Assembly: GCA_050740695.1 (NCBI GenBank)
Contig: JBOIDR010000001.1
Coordinates: 6,762 to 70,761 of the forward strand
Length of the DNA stretch: 64,000 bases
Direction of reading: 5' to 3'
Origin: Gammaproteobacteria bacterium
GTDB taxonomy: Bacteria; Pseudomonadota; Gammaproteobacteria; JACCXJ01
Shown: positions 51,011 through 60,881 of the stretch, in pieces
Layout: the number at the start of each line of letters is the position of its first letter
Numbering within the stretch: the first letter of the stretch is position 1
The notes under the pieces: generated by a model
Seen by the model: the letters and a program-made list of their open reading frames with translations, nothing else
Databases searched by the model: none
What the model was told of the DNA's origin: nothing
Position numbers and translations under genes: made by a program

Positions 51011-51970
51011 ATGACGGCGCACACACTGATCGAGGCCCGCGACCTGTATCGATACTATGGCGGCCTCTGCGCGGTGCAGGCCGTCAGCCTCGCCCTACGG
51101 CGGAGCGAGGTCCTGGGCTTCCTCGGGCCGAACGGCGCCGGCAAGACCACCACCATGCGGATGCTGTGCGGGACGCTCGCCCCGAGCGCCGGGGACATCA
51201 GGGTCAACGGCCTGGACCTCTTAGCAGAGCCCAAGAAGGCCAAGGCCCATCTCGGCTACCTCCCCGAGCACCCCCCGCTGTACCACGAGCTCACGGTGGA
51301 CGAATTTCTCCTCTACTGTGCCCGCATCCATCGCGTCCCACGCGCCGGGCTCGGCCAGGCGCTCCTGTGGACCAAACGCCGCTCCGGGCTCGAAACGGTG
51401 GGCGGCCGCCTGATCGGCAACCTCTCCAAGGGCTATCAGCAGCGCGTCGGGATCGCCCAGGCGATCCTCCATCGCCCGGCCGTGGTGGTCTTGGATGAAC
51501 CCACCATCGGCCTGGACCCCATCCAGATCCGCGAGATCCGCGACCTGATCGGCGACCTGCGCGCCGAGCACGGTGTCATCCTCTCGACCCACATCCTGAC
51601 CGAGGTCCAGGCGGTGTGCGACCGCGTGCTGATCATCCACGAAGGCCGGGTGGTGCTTGACGACACGGTGGCACACCTGACCCGCGAGCACCATCTCGCG
51701 GGCCTGCGCATCGCCCTGCGCCGGCCGCCCGGGATCGCATATCTGCACGCCCTCCCTGGCGTCACCGAGGTGCGGCGGATCGGTGACGAGCGTTTTTTGA
51801 TCCGCTCGCAGCCCGACCGGGACCCCGCTGAATCGCTGGTCGAACAGGCCGCGGAGGGGCGCTGGGGCCTCTATGAGATGGTGCCGGAGGCGCGCTCGCT
51901 CGAGGAGACCTTCGTGCAGATCACCTGTGGCGAGGGACCTGCCCCTGCGGTCACCGAGGCGGCCTCGTGA
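51011..51970 (+). CDS. ABC transporter ATP-binding protein (GldA-like)
   Basis: Start trimmed to ATG 51011. Contains GPNGAGKTT, LSKGYQQRV and VVVLDEP. Confidence 0.9.
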   Translation: MTAHTLIEARDLYRYYGGLCAVQAVSLALRRSEVLGFLGPNGAGKTTTMRMLCGTLAPSAGDIRVNGLDLLAEPKKAKAHLGYLPEHPPLYHELTVDEFLLYCARIHRVPRAGLGQALLWTKRRSGLETVGGRLIGNLSKGYQQRVGIAQAILHRPAVVVLDEPTIGLDPIQIREIRDLIGDLRAEHGVILSTHILTEVQAVCDRVLIIHEGRVVLDDTVAHLTREHHLAGLRIALRRPPGIAYLHALPGVTEVRRIGDERFLIRSQPDRDPAESLVEQAAEGRWGLYEMVPEARSLEETFVQITCGEGPAPAVTEAAS

Positions 51971-52716
51971 TCGGCGTCATCGCGCGCCGCGAGTTGCAGA
52001 GCCTGTTCGCGTCACCACTGGCCTGGGCGGTGCTCTGCGTGATCCAGATCATCCTGGCCTACATCTTCTTGAGTCGCATCGAGCTGTTCGTGCAATTCCA
52101 GCCGCGCCTCCTGGGCCTCGAAGGTGCTCCCGGTCTCACCGATCTCGTGGTCGCGCCGCTCTTCGGCACCACCGCGATCACGCTCTTGCTGGTCGCGCCG
52201 CTCCTCACCATGCGCACCTTCGCCGAAGAACGCCGCAACGGGACCTTGAACCTATTGCTCGCGGCCCCGCTCTCGATGACCGAGATCACGCTGGGTAAAT
52301 ACCTGGGTCTCTTCGGGTTTTTCATGCTCATGCTATCGCTCGTCGGCCTGATGCCGCTCGCCTTGCTCCTCGGCGGGCAACTGGACTTCGGCCAACTCGG
52401 CGCCGGGTTTCTGGGCCTCGGCCTGCTCATCGCCGCCTTCGTGGCGATCGGGTTGTTCCTCTCGGTGCTGACCGATCACCCGACCGTGGCCGGGGTGAGT
52501 ACCTTCGGCGCTCTCTTGCTCCTCTGGATCGTCGATTGGGCCGGGGAATCGGGGGAGGCGAGCGGAGTCCTCCATTATCTATCGCTCCTGAGCCACTACG
52601 AGCCCTTGCTCAAGGGGATGTTCGACTCCGCGGACCTCGTCTACTACGCGCTCCTGACGGCGCTGTTCCTGATCTTGACCGTGTGGCGCCTGGACGCCGA
52701 GCGGCTGCCGCGCTAG
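51967..52716 (+). CDS. ABC-2 type transporter permease (GldF-like)
   Basis: 249 aa with six hydrophobic segments. There is a 4-nt overlap with the ATPase gene. Confidence 0.85.
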   Translation: MIGVIARRELQSLFASPLAWAVLCVIQIILAYIFLSRIELFVQFQPRLLGLEGAPGLTDLVVAPLFGTTAITLLLVAPLLTMRTFAEERRNGTLNLLLAAPLSMTEITLGKYLGLFGFFMLMLSLVGLMPLALLLGGQLDFGQLGAGFLGLGLLIAAFVAIGLFLSVLTDHPTVAGVSTFGALLLLWIVDWAGESGEASGVLHYLSLLSHYEPLLKGMFDSADLVYYALLTALFLILTVWRLDAERLPR

Positions 52717-52729
52717 CAAGCCGCCCCCG

Positions 52730-54142
52730 ATGATGGTCCCGCACCGACGGCGGTTACGCCTACACAGCGCCCTGTCGGGGATCCTCCTCATCACCATCTG
52801 CGGTCTCCTCGCCTGGCTCAGCACGCGCTATCACCACACCGCGGACTGGACCAGCGGTGGACGCCATACCCTGTCGGAGGCGAGCACCGCGTTGCTAGCA
52901 CGGTTGCAGGGCCCGGTCGAGATCATCGGTTACGCGCGTCCCGATGCCGAGTTGCGCGGTGTCATCGAGGATCTGATCGAGCGCTTCCGGCGGATCAAGC
53001 CCGACATCGGCCTGCGCTTCGTGGACCCCGACAAGGCCCCCGACGAGGTCCGCGATCTGCGCATCCAGACCGACGGGGAACTGGTCATCCGCTATGCGGC
53101 GCAGAGCGAGCACGTCGAAGAGCACACCGAGGAGGCGCTGACCAACGCCCTGCAGCGCGTCTTGCGGGGCGGGGAGCGTTTCGTCGTGTTCCTGGAAGGG
53201 CACGGGGAACGCAACCCGCTGGGCCATGCCAACCATGACCTCGACCAGTTCGCGGAGGAGCTCGGCAAGCGTGGGATCAAGGTCCAGGGACTGAACCTGG
53301 CGGGCAATCCCGTGATCCCCGACAACACCTCGGTGCTCGTGATCGCGAGCCCCGAGGTCGACTACCTGCCGCGCGAGGTGGAGATCGTCTCCGCCTACCT
53401 GAAGCGGGGTGGCAACCTCCTGTGGCTCGCGGACCCCGGACCACTGCGCGGGCTCGATGGCCTCGCCAGAGACCTCGGGCTCAAGCTGTCCCCGGGCACC
53501 CTGGTCGATCCGGCGACCGCGGTCTTTGGCATAGACCATCCGGCGATGGTGCCGGTGACCGGTTATCCATCGACGCCACCGGTCGCCGGATTCCGCTACC
53601 TCACGGTCTTCCCCTACGCACGCGAGGTCGAGGCCGAGGCCCGGGACGAATGGCAGGCGGCACCCTTGCTCTCCTCGGGGGCAGATGCCTGGATCGAGAC
53701 CGGCAAGCTCGAGGGCGAGCTGCGCTACGACGAGGGCAGCGACCACCATGGCCCGCTCGACATCGCTCTGCGACTGACACGTAATCGAACGACCGCGGCC
53801 GACTCTTCAAGGCAAGAACCGGAGTCAACACCCGACGACGAAAAGTCGCAGAAATCGCCAAGCCCACCGCCCGAACAAAGGGTCGTGGTGTTCGGGGATG
53901 GCGATTTCTTGTCGAACCGCTACCTCGGCAACAGTGGCAACCTGGACCTCGGGCTCAAGACCTTCAACTGGCTGGCCAGCGACGAGGCCTTGATCGAGGT
54001 CCCAGCCGGCATGGCCATCGACCGGCGGCTCGACCTCTCCGACACCCAGGCCGCGCTGATCAGCATAGGGTTCCTGATGCTGCTACCTGCGGTGCTCGGC
54101 GGGATGGGGTTCTTCGTTTGGCTGAGACGGCGCCGCGCGTGA
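52730..54142 (+). CDS. GldG-like ABC-transport auxiliary component
   Basis: 470 aa with N- and C-terminal TM anchors and a large periplasmic domain (FLEGHGE, DGDFLSN), as in GldG-type proteins. Confidence 0.78.
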   Translation: MMVPHRRRLRLHSALSGILLITICGLLAWLSTRYHHTADWTSGGRHTLSEASTALLARLQGPVEIIGYARPDAELRGVIEDLIERFRRIKPDIGLRFVDPDKAPDEVRDLRIQTDGELVIRYAAQSEHVEEHTEEALTNALQRVLRGGERFVVFLEGHGERNPLGHANHDLDQFAEELGKRGIKVQGLNLAGNPVIPDNTSVLVIASPEVDYLPREVEIVSAYLKRGGNLLWLADPGPLRGLDGLARDLGLKLSPGTLVDPATAVFGIDHPAMVPVTGYPSTPPVAGFRYLTVFPYAREVEAEARDEWQAAPLLSSGADAWIETGKLEGELRYDEGSDHHGPLDIALRLTRNRTTAADSSRQEPESTPDDEKSQKSPSPPPEQRVVVFGDGDFLSNRYLGNSGNLDLGLKTFNWLASDEALIEVPAGMAIDRRLDLSDTQAALISIGFLMLLPAVLGGMGFFVWLRRRRA

Positions 54143-54152
54143 GGCAGACGCA

Positions 54153-55112
54153 GTGAACGCGCGCCTGGCGCTCAACCTCGGCCTCATCGGGCTCGTCGGG
54201 ATCCTGGTGTTGCTGGCCGTCTACGAGCCTGGTCTCGATGCGCCGAAAAAGCGTCCCAGATTGACCGCGATCGAGGGACAGGCGGTCAAGGCCATCACGG
54301 TTACACGCAAGGATGGCGGGACCATCGTGCTCGCGAAGGAAGAGGGGCGCTGGATGATGCGGGCGCCCTATTCGGTGCCCGCGAACCCCGGTCCGATCCA
54401 GTCGATCCTGGGCTTTCTGGAAGGCACGAGCCAGGCGTCGTTCCCCGCAGAGGGGCATGAGCTCAAGCGCTTCGGCCTCGCCGAACCCAAGGTCCGGATG
54501 GAGGTGGACGGCGATGGGTTCGCGTTTGGTGATACCAGCGCCATGAACGGTCAGCGTTATGTGCTCTACAAAGACGAGGTGCACCTCACGATGGACGCTT
54601 TGTACGACCCGTTGCTCGCAGACCCCGGGGATTTCGTGAGCCCGCGGCTCGTCGAAGAGGGCGGGGAGTTGACCGCGATCCAGTTGCCCGGGGCGACCGT
54701 GGAACACCGCGGGAGCGGCTGGGCGCTGCGCCCGGAGGACGCCTCGGTAGCAGAGGAAGCCTTGGCGAGACTCGCGGAGGACTGGCTGTCCGCCCAGGCG
54801 CTCGCGGTCCGCAAGCGCGGCGGCGTGGCATCCCTAGACACGATCACCCTGGAACTGAAGGACGCCCCGCCGTTGCGCTTCGAGGTCCTGGCGCGCGAGC
54901 CTGAGTTGGTCCTCGCGCGGCCGGAGCGAGGACTCGAGTACCGATTGGGCAGCGGGATGGCGGAGCGGCTGCTCCGGCCCACGCGCACTGAAAAGAAAGA
55001 CCCGAGCGCCGGGCAGGAGGCGAGGGGCGACATGGCCCAAGACCCGCCGCCCAGCGAGCCGGCGGCCGAGCCCCTAGACAGCGCCGCCGGACCAGAAAGC
55101 CAAAAGAGATAA
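54153..55112 (+). CDS. DUF4340-like protein
   Basis: 319 aa with a GTG start and an N-terminal TM anchor. It is the usual fourth gene after gldA/F/G-like genes. Confidence 0.6.
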   Translation: MNARLALNLGLIGLVGILVLLAVYEPGLDAPKKRPRLTAIEGQAVKAITVTRKDGGTIVLAKEEGRWMMRAPYSVPANPGPIQSILGFLEGTSQASFPAEGHELKRFGLAEPKVRMEVDGDGFAFGDTSAMNGQRYVLYKDEVHLTMDALYDPLLADPGDFVSPRLVEEGGELTAIQLPGATVEHRGSGWALRPEDASVAEEALARLAEDWLSAQALAVRKRGGVASLDTITLELKDAPPLRFEVLAREPELVLARPERGLEYRLGSGMAERLLRPTRTEKKDPSAGQEARGDMAQDPPPSEPAAEPLDSAAGPESQKR

Positions 55113-55127
55113 TAAGGATAAAAGAGG

Positions 55128-55943
55128 GTGCCCGAGCTGCCGGAAGTCGAGACCACCCGCCGCGGGATCACCCCCCACCTGCTCGGCAGGTGCGTTACGG
55201 CGGTCGTGGTCCGGGAGCCACGCCTGCGCTGGCCCGTTCCCATCGCGTTGGCGCAAGAGCTACCGGGCCAACGCATAGCCGCCGTGCGCCGGCGCGGCAA
55301 GTACCTTTTCCTCGAGGCCCGGACCGGAACGGTGATCCTGCATCTCGGGATGTCAGGGAGCCTGCGCCTGGTGTCGCACTCCACGGCACCGGGCCCCCAT
55401 GAGCATCTCGACCTCGTGATCGGTGAGGAGACCTGTCTGCGATTGCGAGACCCGCGTCGCTTCGGGGTCGTCTTGTGGACGCACGAGCCGCCCGAGCACC
55501 ACCCTCTCTTGGCCGCACTCGGCCCGGAGCCCTGGGATGCGGGCTTCACGGGGGCCTATCTGCATGGCCGGGCGCATGGCAGGCGAGTGCCCGTGAAGAA
55601 CTTCATCATGGACAGCCACACCGTCGCCGGTGTCGGTAACATCTATGCCAACGAGGCCCTATACGCCGCCGGGATCCGTCCGACCCGGCCGGCACGCCGG
55701 ATCTCGCCGAGCCGCTACCAGCGCCTCGGCGAGGCCATCCGCAAGGTCCTGGAACGGGCCATCCGGGACGGTGGGACGACGCTGCGGGACTTCACCGATA
55801 CGAGTGGGAGACCGGGCTACTTCGCGCAGCACCTCCGGGTCTATGGCCGCGCCGGCAGGGCTTGCTGGCGCTGTGGCGCCCCGGTACGCCAAGTGCGCCT
55901 CGGCCAGCGCTCCGCCTACTTCTGTCCGGGCTGTCAGCGCTGA
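55128..55943 (+). CDS. mutM: Formamidopyrimidine-DNA glycosylase
   Basis: MPELPEVETTRRGI and the C-terminal zinc finger CWRCG....GQRSAYFCPGCQ. Confidence 0.96.
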   Translation: MPELPEVETTRRGITPHLLGRCVTAVVVREPRLRWPVPIALAQELPGQRIAAVRRRGKYLFLEARTGTVILHLGMSGSLRLVSHSTAPGPHEHLDLVIGEETCLRLRDPRRFGVVLWTHEPPEHHPLLAALGPEPWDAGFTGAYLHGRAHGRRVPVKNFIMDSHTVAGVGNIYANEALYAAGIRPTRPARRISPSRYQRLGEAIRKVLERAIRDGGTTLRDFTDTSGRPGYFAQHLRVYGRAGRACWRCGAPVRQVRLGQRSAYFCPGCQR

Positions 55944-55980
55944 TGGAAGAAGCGGAACCTCAGGGTCTTGTCACGCACCC

Positions 55981-56967
55981 TCAGCCCCACCACACCCCCG
56001 GCGAAAGGAATCGCTCCAGTCCACGCCGCTTTCGAATGTAGGTCAGCTCGTACAGATCGGCCGCGGCACTGGCGTCCCTCAGGTAGTCGTCGCTCGTGCG
56101 TACCGCGTCGACGAGCTTGAGGTCCAGGGCTTGAAGGCCGTACCAGTGCTCGCCTGTCGAGACCTTTTCGATGTCCACATCCGGACGGTGGGACCTGACG
56201 AAGTCCTTGAACAAGGCATGGGTGATCTCGATGTCTTCGCGGAACTTCTCCCGCCCCTTCTCGGTGTTCTCACCGAACAGGGTGAGCGTGCGTTTGTGCT
56301 CGCCGGCCGTGATCAGCTCGTAGTCCACATCATGGCTCTTGAGTAGCCGGTTGAAATTCGGCATCTGGCCCACCACGCCAATTGAGCCGAGGATCGCGAA
56401 CGGGGCCGCGATGATGCGCTGGGCGACACAGGCCATGAGATAGCCACCGCTGGCCGCCACCTTATCGACCGCCACTGTCAGTGAGATACCGTGGTCTTTG
56501 AAGCGCTGTAGCTGGGACGCGGCCAAGCCATAGCCGTGGACCACCCCGCCCGGGCTCTCCAGGATCACGACGACCTCATCGTTCGGGGTTGCAACCGCTA
56601 GGACCGCGCTCACCTCCTCGCGTAGCGCCGCCACCGCTGAAGCGCGAATATCACCCTGGAAGCGCAGGACGAACACCCGCTTCCTGGCGCCCGACCCGTC
56701 CCCGCCGATGTCCTTTGCCCGGGCCTTACGCTCGGCCTTGAACGCCTTGTGCGCCTTCCTGAACGCCCGCCTGGGCCCCATCGCCGCTCGCAGCGCCAGC
56801 GCCATGGCGTCGTACTTGTCATTCAGGCGCTTCACCTCCAAGCGCTCTTCCTGTCCCGCCCTGCCACGCTTGCGAATGAGCACCAGACCAAACGTCAGCG
56901 CCAACAGAAACACCAACACGGTCGCTAGCTTGGCGACGAACAGACCATAATCGGTGATAAAGTCCAT
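55981..56967 (-). CDS. sohB: Protease SohB (peptidase S49)
   Basis: 328 aa. From memory it is colinear with E. coli SohB (VDKVAASGGYLMACVA, GSIGVVGQMPNFNRLLK, ATGEHWYG). Confidence 0.9.
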   Translation of the reverse strand: MDFITDYGLFVAKLATVLVFLLALTFGLVLIRKRGRAGQEERLEVKRLNDKYDAMALALRAAMGPRRAFRKAHKAFKAERKARAKDIGGDGSGARKRVFVLRFQGDIRASAVAALREEVSAVLAVATPNDEVVVILESPGGVVHGYGLAASQLQRFKDHGISLTVAVDKVAASGGYLMACVAQRIIAAPFAILGSIGVVGQMPNFNRLLKSHDVDYELITAGEHKRTLTLFGENTEKGREKFREDIEITHALFKDFVRSHRPDVDIEKVSTGEHWYGLQALDLKLVDAVRTSDDYLRDASAAADLYELTYIRKRRGLERFLSPGVWWG

Positions 56968-56974
56968 CCTGTTC

Positions 56975-57538
56975 CTAAACGGTCTCCGTGCGACCCTGCC
57001 GCAGTCTCAGGACAAGAAAGATCACCGCCCCGATGACAACGATCCCTAGCCCGATCATGACGTAGCTGCTTGTACCCCCCTTTGGGACGACCTGAATGGG
57101 CGCTTTCAGCACCAGCGGCCGGGCGTCGCTCATGGTCAGGACGGCCATGTAGCGCTTTCCGGCCTCGAACGCCGACTCCAATAGCACGGTCCCCTGGGGA
57201 TAGACCTTGGTGGGGACTTCGGCAACCGTCTTGATCGGCCCCCCGACCGCGATCTTCCCATCTTCACCCATCTCGACGACCCGGAGCTCGACGGGTTTGC
57301 TCCGCATCTCCGTGTCCGTGAAATCGAAAACCAGGTTGGTTTGTCCCGGCGCCGGGAGATCCCAGCAATGTTCCTCACCGCCCGTGGCCTGCTGATAGGC
57401 CGTGAAGTGCATCCGGTACTTCCCGAACTCCACAACACACGTATCGAACTCGATCGACGCACCGCCATGGGCGTGTGCGAGTGAACTGCCCAACAGCGCT
57501 GCCCCAGCCGCCACCCACATGATTATCTTGTATCTCAT
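56975..57538 (-). CDS. Candidate PmoD/AmoD-like periplasmic protein (signal peptide, beta-rich domain with a Cys/Met/His cluster, C-terminal TM anchor)
   Basis: Start set at ATG 57538 (MRYKIIMWVAAGAALLGSSLAHAHG), behind a GAGG. Contains FDTCVVEFGKYRMHFTAY and the C-terminal helix YVMIGLGIVVIGAVIFLVL. It lies directly downstream of pmoB. The family assignment rests on architecture and position only. Confidence 0.4.
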   Translation of the reverse strand: MRYKIIMWVAAGAALLGSSLAHAHGGASIEFDTCVVEFGKYRMHFTAYQQATGGEEHCWDLPAPGQTNLVFDFTDTEMRSKPVELRVVEMGEDGKIAVGGPIKTVAEVPTKVYPQGTVLLESAFEAGKRYMAVLTMSDARPLVLKAPIQVVPKGGTSSYVMIGLGIVVIGAVIFLVLRLRQGRTETV

Positions 57539-57606
57539 TACGTACCTCGCTTGCTCTGGCTCGCGCTCGCCCAACTGCGGCCCGCGCCGTCTATTGGCTG
57601 TCTTCC

Positions 57607-57637
57607 AAAAAAAAACCGCCCCCAATAGTGGGGGCGG
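57607..57637 (-). terminator. Rho-independent terminator after pmoB
   Basis: Minus strand reads ccgccccca-ctat-tgggggcgg followed by a run of nine T (A9 at 57607..57615 on the plus strand). Confidence 0.75.
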
Positions 57638-57714
57638 TGGATCTTCGCGCGGGCAACCAGCCCCTGGTTGTCGTTATCGGGCTCCGCGTCAGGTCATGAA
57701 ACCTGCCCTTCCGT

Positions 57715-58974
57715 TTAAGTGAAGCGCGGAAGCAGCGGGCCGCCGATCGCCACGACGTGCCGGAAGCCGCTGGTATCTGCGAAGAAGAACAAGCCACCGA
57801 ACCGGGCGTCCGGGTCATAGATGGCGTCGGCCAAGCGCTCGTTCTCCCAAGCGGCATCCGTGCAGGTGACCGTTATGATTCTCGAGTGACCCGGGAGGAT
57901 CGGGCTATTGTCATCCACGGTGAGCCCTTCCGGCGCCAGGAGCTGGGGCGGATAGTTGGTGTCATCCTTGTACACCGTCGGGTTCAGGAACCGAATGCCG
58001 GCCGTCTCGAACTCGGCTACCTGCACCGGGTTGACACCGCGGTTCGTCACACGGATCTTGATGTTGACGGAACGGCCCGGCACCCGGTAGGTCGCCTGCT
58101 CCAACCCCACCTCAACGGCCGGTTGGCCTGCCGGGATCGGGTCCATGAGGCCAATCACGCCGGCTTGCAACGGGATCGTGACGGGGTACGTGGCATTGGC
58201 GCTCCAGTAGCTGAGCGCAACGATGGCGATCGCGCCGAACATGAAGGCGAGACCCACCTTTAGGTCCCCTGGGGAGACCAGGTCTTCCTCAGGAACGCCT
58301 TCCTTGACGGCCAGGTAACGCGGGATGAACAAGGGCTTCGCCGCCCAGTAGCCGATCCAGGCGCAACCGAGCAGGAACCAGAACCAGCTCCAGCCCCAGA
58401 TCCCGGCCGTTCCGATCCGCTCGACGTCTTCCGTGCGGCCGGTCAAGGTCTGGACCTCGCTCTTATAATCCGCCATCGTCCCCTCGATCTGCACCCACTT
58501 GCCTGGGCCGATGATGGGACCCGCCGCTTCGACGTTCATCATCGTATGCACGTGCCAGCGACCGGGCCTGCGCGCCTGCAGGACCACCTTGAACGTGTAG
58601 TTCTCGCCCAGCGTCAGGTTGACAGAACGCGGCACGAACTGACCGCCGATGTAGGACTCCTGCCGGGTGAACACCGGACCGGGAATACCGATGTTCAGGA
58701 ACGCCGGGGAATATTGGGGGTTGGCCGTCGTTTCCGGCCAACCCTTGAACACGTGGAACTTACCGCTGACGGTCATCTTGTCGTTGACCTTGAGCTTGTC
58801 GGTCGACCACCGGAGATCGTACCAGTGGATGGTGCGCATCCGGAGGAACGCCTGCTGCGACTTCTCGCCATGGGCCGATGCCTCCGGGGCATACAGGCCC
58901 GTGGCGCCGACCACCATCGCGAGACCCGCGGCGGCCCAGCGCCCTACTCTCTTTATCATTGCTGTCTTACTCAT
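57715..58974 (-). CDS. pmoB: Copper membrane monooxygenase subunit B (PmoB/AmoB)
   Basis: 419 aa. After signal peptide cleavage the N-terminus is HGEKSQQAFLRMRT. It has the H.H site (RWHVHTMMN), two central TM helices and a second cupredoxin-like domain. Confidence 0.93.
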   Translation of the reverse strand: MSKTAMIKRVGRWAAAGLAMVVGATGLYAPEASAHGEKSQQAFLRMRTIHWYDLRWSTDKLKVNDKMTVSGKFHVFKGWPETTANPQYSPAFLNIGIPGPVFTRQESYIGGQFVPRSVNLTLGENYTFKVVLQARRPGRWHVHTMMNVEAAGPIIGPGKWVQIEGTMADYKSEVQTLTGRTEDVERIGTAGIWGWSWFWFLLGCAWIGYWAAKPLFIPRYLAVKEGVPEEDLVSPGDLKVGLAFMFGAIAIVALSYWSANATYPVTIPLQAGVIGLMDPIPAGQPAVEVGLEQATYRVPGRSVNIKIRVTNRGVNPVQVAEFETAGIRFLNPTVYKDDTNYPPQLLAPEGLTVDDNSPILPGHSRIITVTCTDAAWENERLADAIYDPDARFGGLFFFADTSGFRHVVAIGGPLLPRFT

Positions 58975-59021
58975 GTCTTAGCCTCATCGTGTTATTAGGT
59001 TCGGGTTTCTCGGACTGCGGC

Positions 59022-59765
59022 CTAGTACTCGGTCAAGTACTTCGTGGTGCAGAACCAACGCCCGAAGAAGTGCCAGATGAAGTAGACGAGAACGCAGATG
59101 AACCCGGAGAAGAAGGCCGAAACCGGCACCACGTCTTTACCGAAGGTCCTCAAGCTGCCCTTCTCGACGAAGCGGATGTACTCGGGCGTACCCGTCCGCA
59201 CGTAGTGGTAGCCCGCGATGTCGGCGATGGTCATGGACATCCCGTGGTACTCGACCGGCTGGTGCAGAGGCGCCAGCATGACCCAGTTACCGGGATAGAA
59301 GATGAGGCCAAATCCAAGACCGCCCACCACGGCCGTGACCAGGAAACTCTTGGACCACAGCAGGATGACGTCGAGGATGATGGCGCCCGGGACCAAGGTC
59401 GCGGCCCACACGAAGTTGATGGGGAAGTAGGTCCAGCCCCAGAAGTTGAAGTAACGGTTGACCCACTCGCCGAACAACAACCCCAGGATGCATATCGTCG
59501 CCCCGAAGGGGAGGCGCAGCTTGCCCCAAAGGTAGTATTGTGCCGCCGCAGGGAAGGTGATGCACATGATCGGCGTCACCGTGACCCACAGGCGGCGATC
59601 CTTCCAGTCCGACCAGAAGTCCCAGTCGCCCATCGTCAGCATGGCGTGGACGTGGAACCCGCCCGTGAACACCAGGAACGTCAAGGCTAGGATCAGCCAG
59701 TCGGCCGTCCTGGAAGCCTGAACGATCTCGGCTTTCGTAAATACCGCAGGTGAATAGGAACTCAT
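59022..59765 (-). CDS. pmoA: Copper membrane monooxygenase subunit A (PmoA/AmoA)
   Basis: 247 aa with HAMLTMGDWDFWSDWKDRRLWVTVTPI, NRYFNFWGWTYFPINFV and YVRTGTPEYIR.VEKG.LRTFGKDV. From memory this is very close to gammaproteobacterial PmoA. Confidence 0.95.
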   Translation of the reverse strand: MSSYSPAVFTKAEIVQASRTADWLILALTFLVFTGGFHVHAMLTMGDWDFWSDWKDRRLWVTVTPIMCITFPAAAQYYLWGKLRLPFGATICILGLLFGEWVNRYFNFWGWTYFPINFVWAATLVPGAIILDVILLWSKSFLVTAVVGGLGFGLIFYPGNWVMLAPLHQPVEYHGMSMTIADIAGYHYVRTGTPEYIRFVEKGSLRTFGKDVVPVSAFFSGFICVLVYFIWHFFGRWFCTTKYLTEY

Positions 59766-59868
59766 TGATAGATGCCTCCTCGTTTTATCGATTTATGGTA
59801 GCGCGGCAGCGAGAGAGCCTCTGCGCCGGGCACCAGCAACCGTCCCCTTTCTTTGGGGGTCGGTAGAA

Positions 59869-59903
59869 CCGGCCGTTGATTGATGTCATCGCACAACGGC
59901 CGG
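59869..59903 (-). other. 10-bp-stem hairpin in the pmoC-pmoA spacer
   Basis: ccggccgttg (59869..59878) pairs with caacggccgg (59894..59903) around a 15-nt loop, inside the 228-bp untranslated spacer. Confidence 0.5.
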
Positions 59904-59993
59904 TATATCCAGCTCCCGTCTCCTTGCTCAGAGCCTGTCTGGGCTCAGAGCTTCCCTCGTTCCGTGCTTACCGCGCTTTATAGCCTGGTTCGC

Positions 59994-60761
59994 TTAGTCT
60001 GCTTGCTTTAAGCTCGGCCCGACAAGACCTCCGATATTATCGAAGATCTGGCAGAGCAGGCCGCAAAGGCCCAGGGCCATCCAGCCGAAGAACACGAAGC
60101 CGTAGTGCAACGGGGCTACGAACAGCTCTTCCATCCACCAGAAGGTGTGACCCCACTCATTGAGGCCGACGTTCGGGAGGATCATGAAGGGCCCTACGAC
60201 CACGACCAGGTACGGCAGGGATACCCCCTTTGAGAAGCAGGGGATCCGGGTCCGAGCATACATGAAGGCGCCCCAACCCGTCAGGATGTAGATCGGGTAG
60301 CTCATGTAGAACTCGATGATGTGGCTGGGCGTGAAGTCCGTGTCACGGATGACGGTTTGGTGCCACGTACCATCCTGCTCGGTGTAGAAGCTGGCGCCCC
60401 AGTAGATAGCGATGCCGTAGGCGACCAACCACACCAAGTGATGGAAATGGTTCGTCAGAACCTCACTCGACGTCAGGGCATCCATATCCCGGACTCGGGT
60501 CTTCCACAGGTATGCGCCGATGGCGGCGAACAACGGGATATATAGCGCCGTTTCGATGTACAACCAGTTCATCCAATAGGTCTTGAACTCCGGCGCGAAC
60601 GCGTCCAACCCTGCGGACCAGCCGTAGACTTCTTCATACCAACGCACAAAGAAGTTGAAGAAGGTGAAGCCACCGACCATGAGCCACAGGTTCGTCGAGT
60701 TGAGGTAGCTGTGGGCCTTTTCGGCCGTGACTTGACTCGCAACAGCTTGTGATGCTGCCAT
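59994..60761 (-). CDS. pmoC: Copper membrane monooxygenase subunit C (PmoC/AmoC)
   Basis: 255 aa with YWGASFYTEQDGTWHQTVIRDTDFTPSHIIEFY (Asp/His metal site region) and NEWGHTFWWMEELFVAPLHYGFV. Confidence 0.93.
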   Translation of the reverse strand: MAASQAVASQVTAEKAHSYLNSTNLWLMVGGFTFFNFFVRWYEEVYGWSAGLDAFAPEFKTYWMNWLYIETALYIPLFAAIGAYLWKTRVRDMDALTSSEVLTNHFHHLVWLVAYGIAIYWGASFYTEQDGTWHQTVIRDTDFTPSHIIEFYMSYPIYILTGWGAFMYARTRIPCFSKGVSLPYLVVVVGPFMILPNVGLNEWGHTFWWMEELFVAPLHYGFVFFGWMALGLCGLLCQIFDNIGGLVGPSLKQAD

Positions 60762-60881
60762 TTTCTTTGCCTCCTATTTTGGTAGATCAACCACTCCATC
60801 CCGGCGCTGCTCCGGGAATGAAGTCCGTCTCACAGACCCACCCCCTCGCCCTTCTCTTCAGGGGAAACGGTGTGGATCCGT

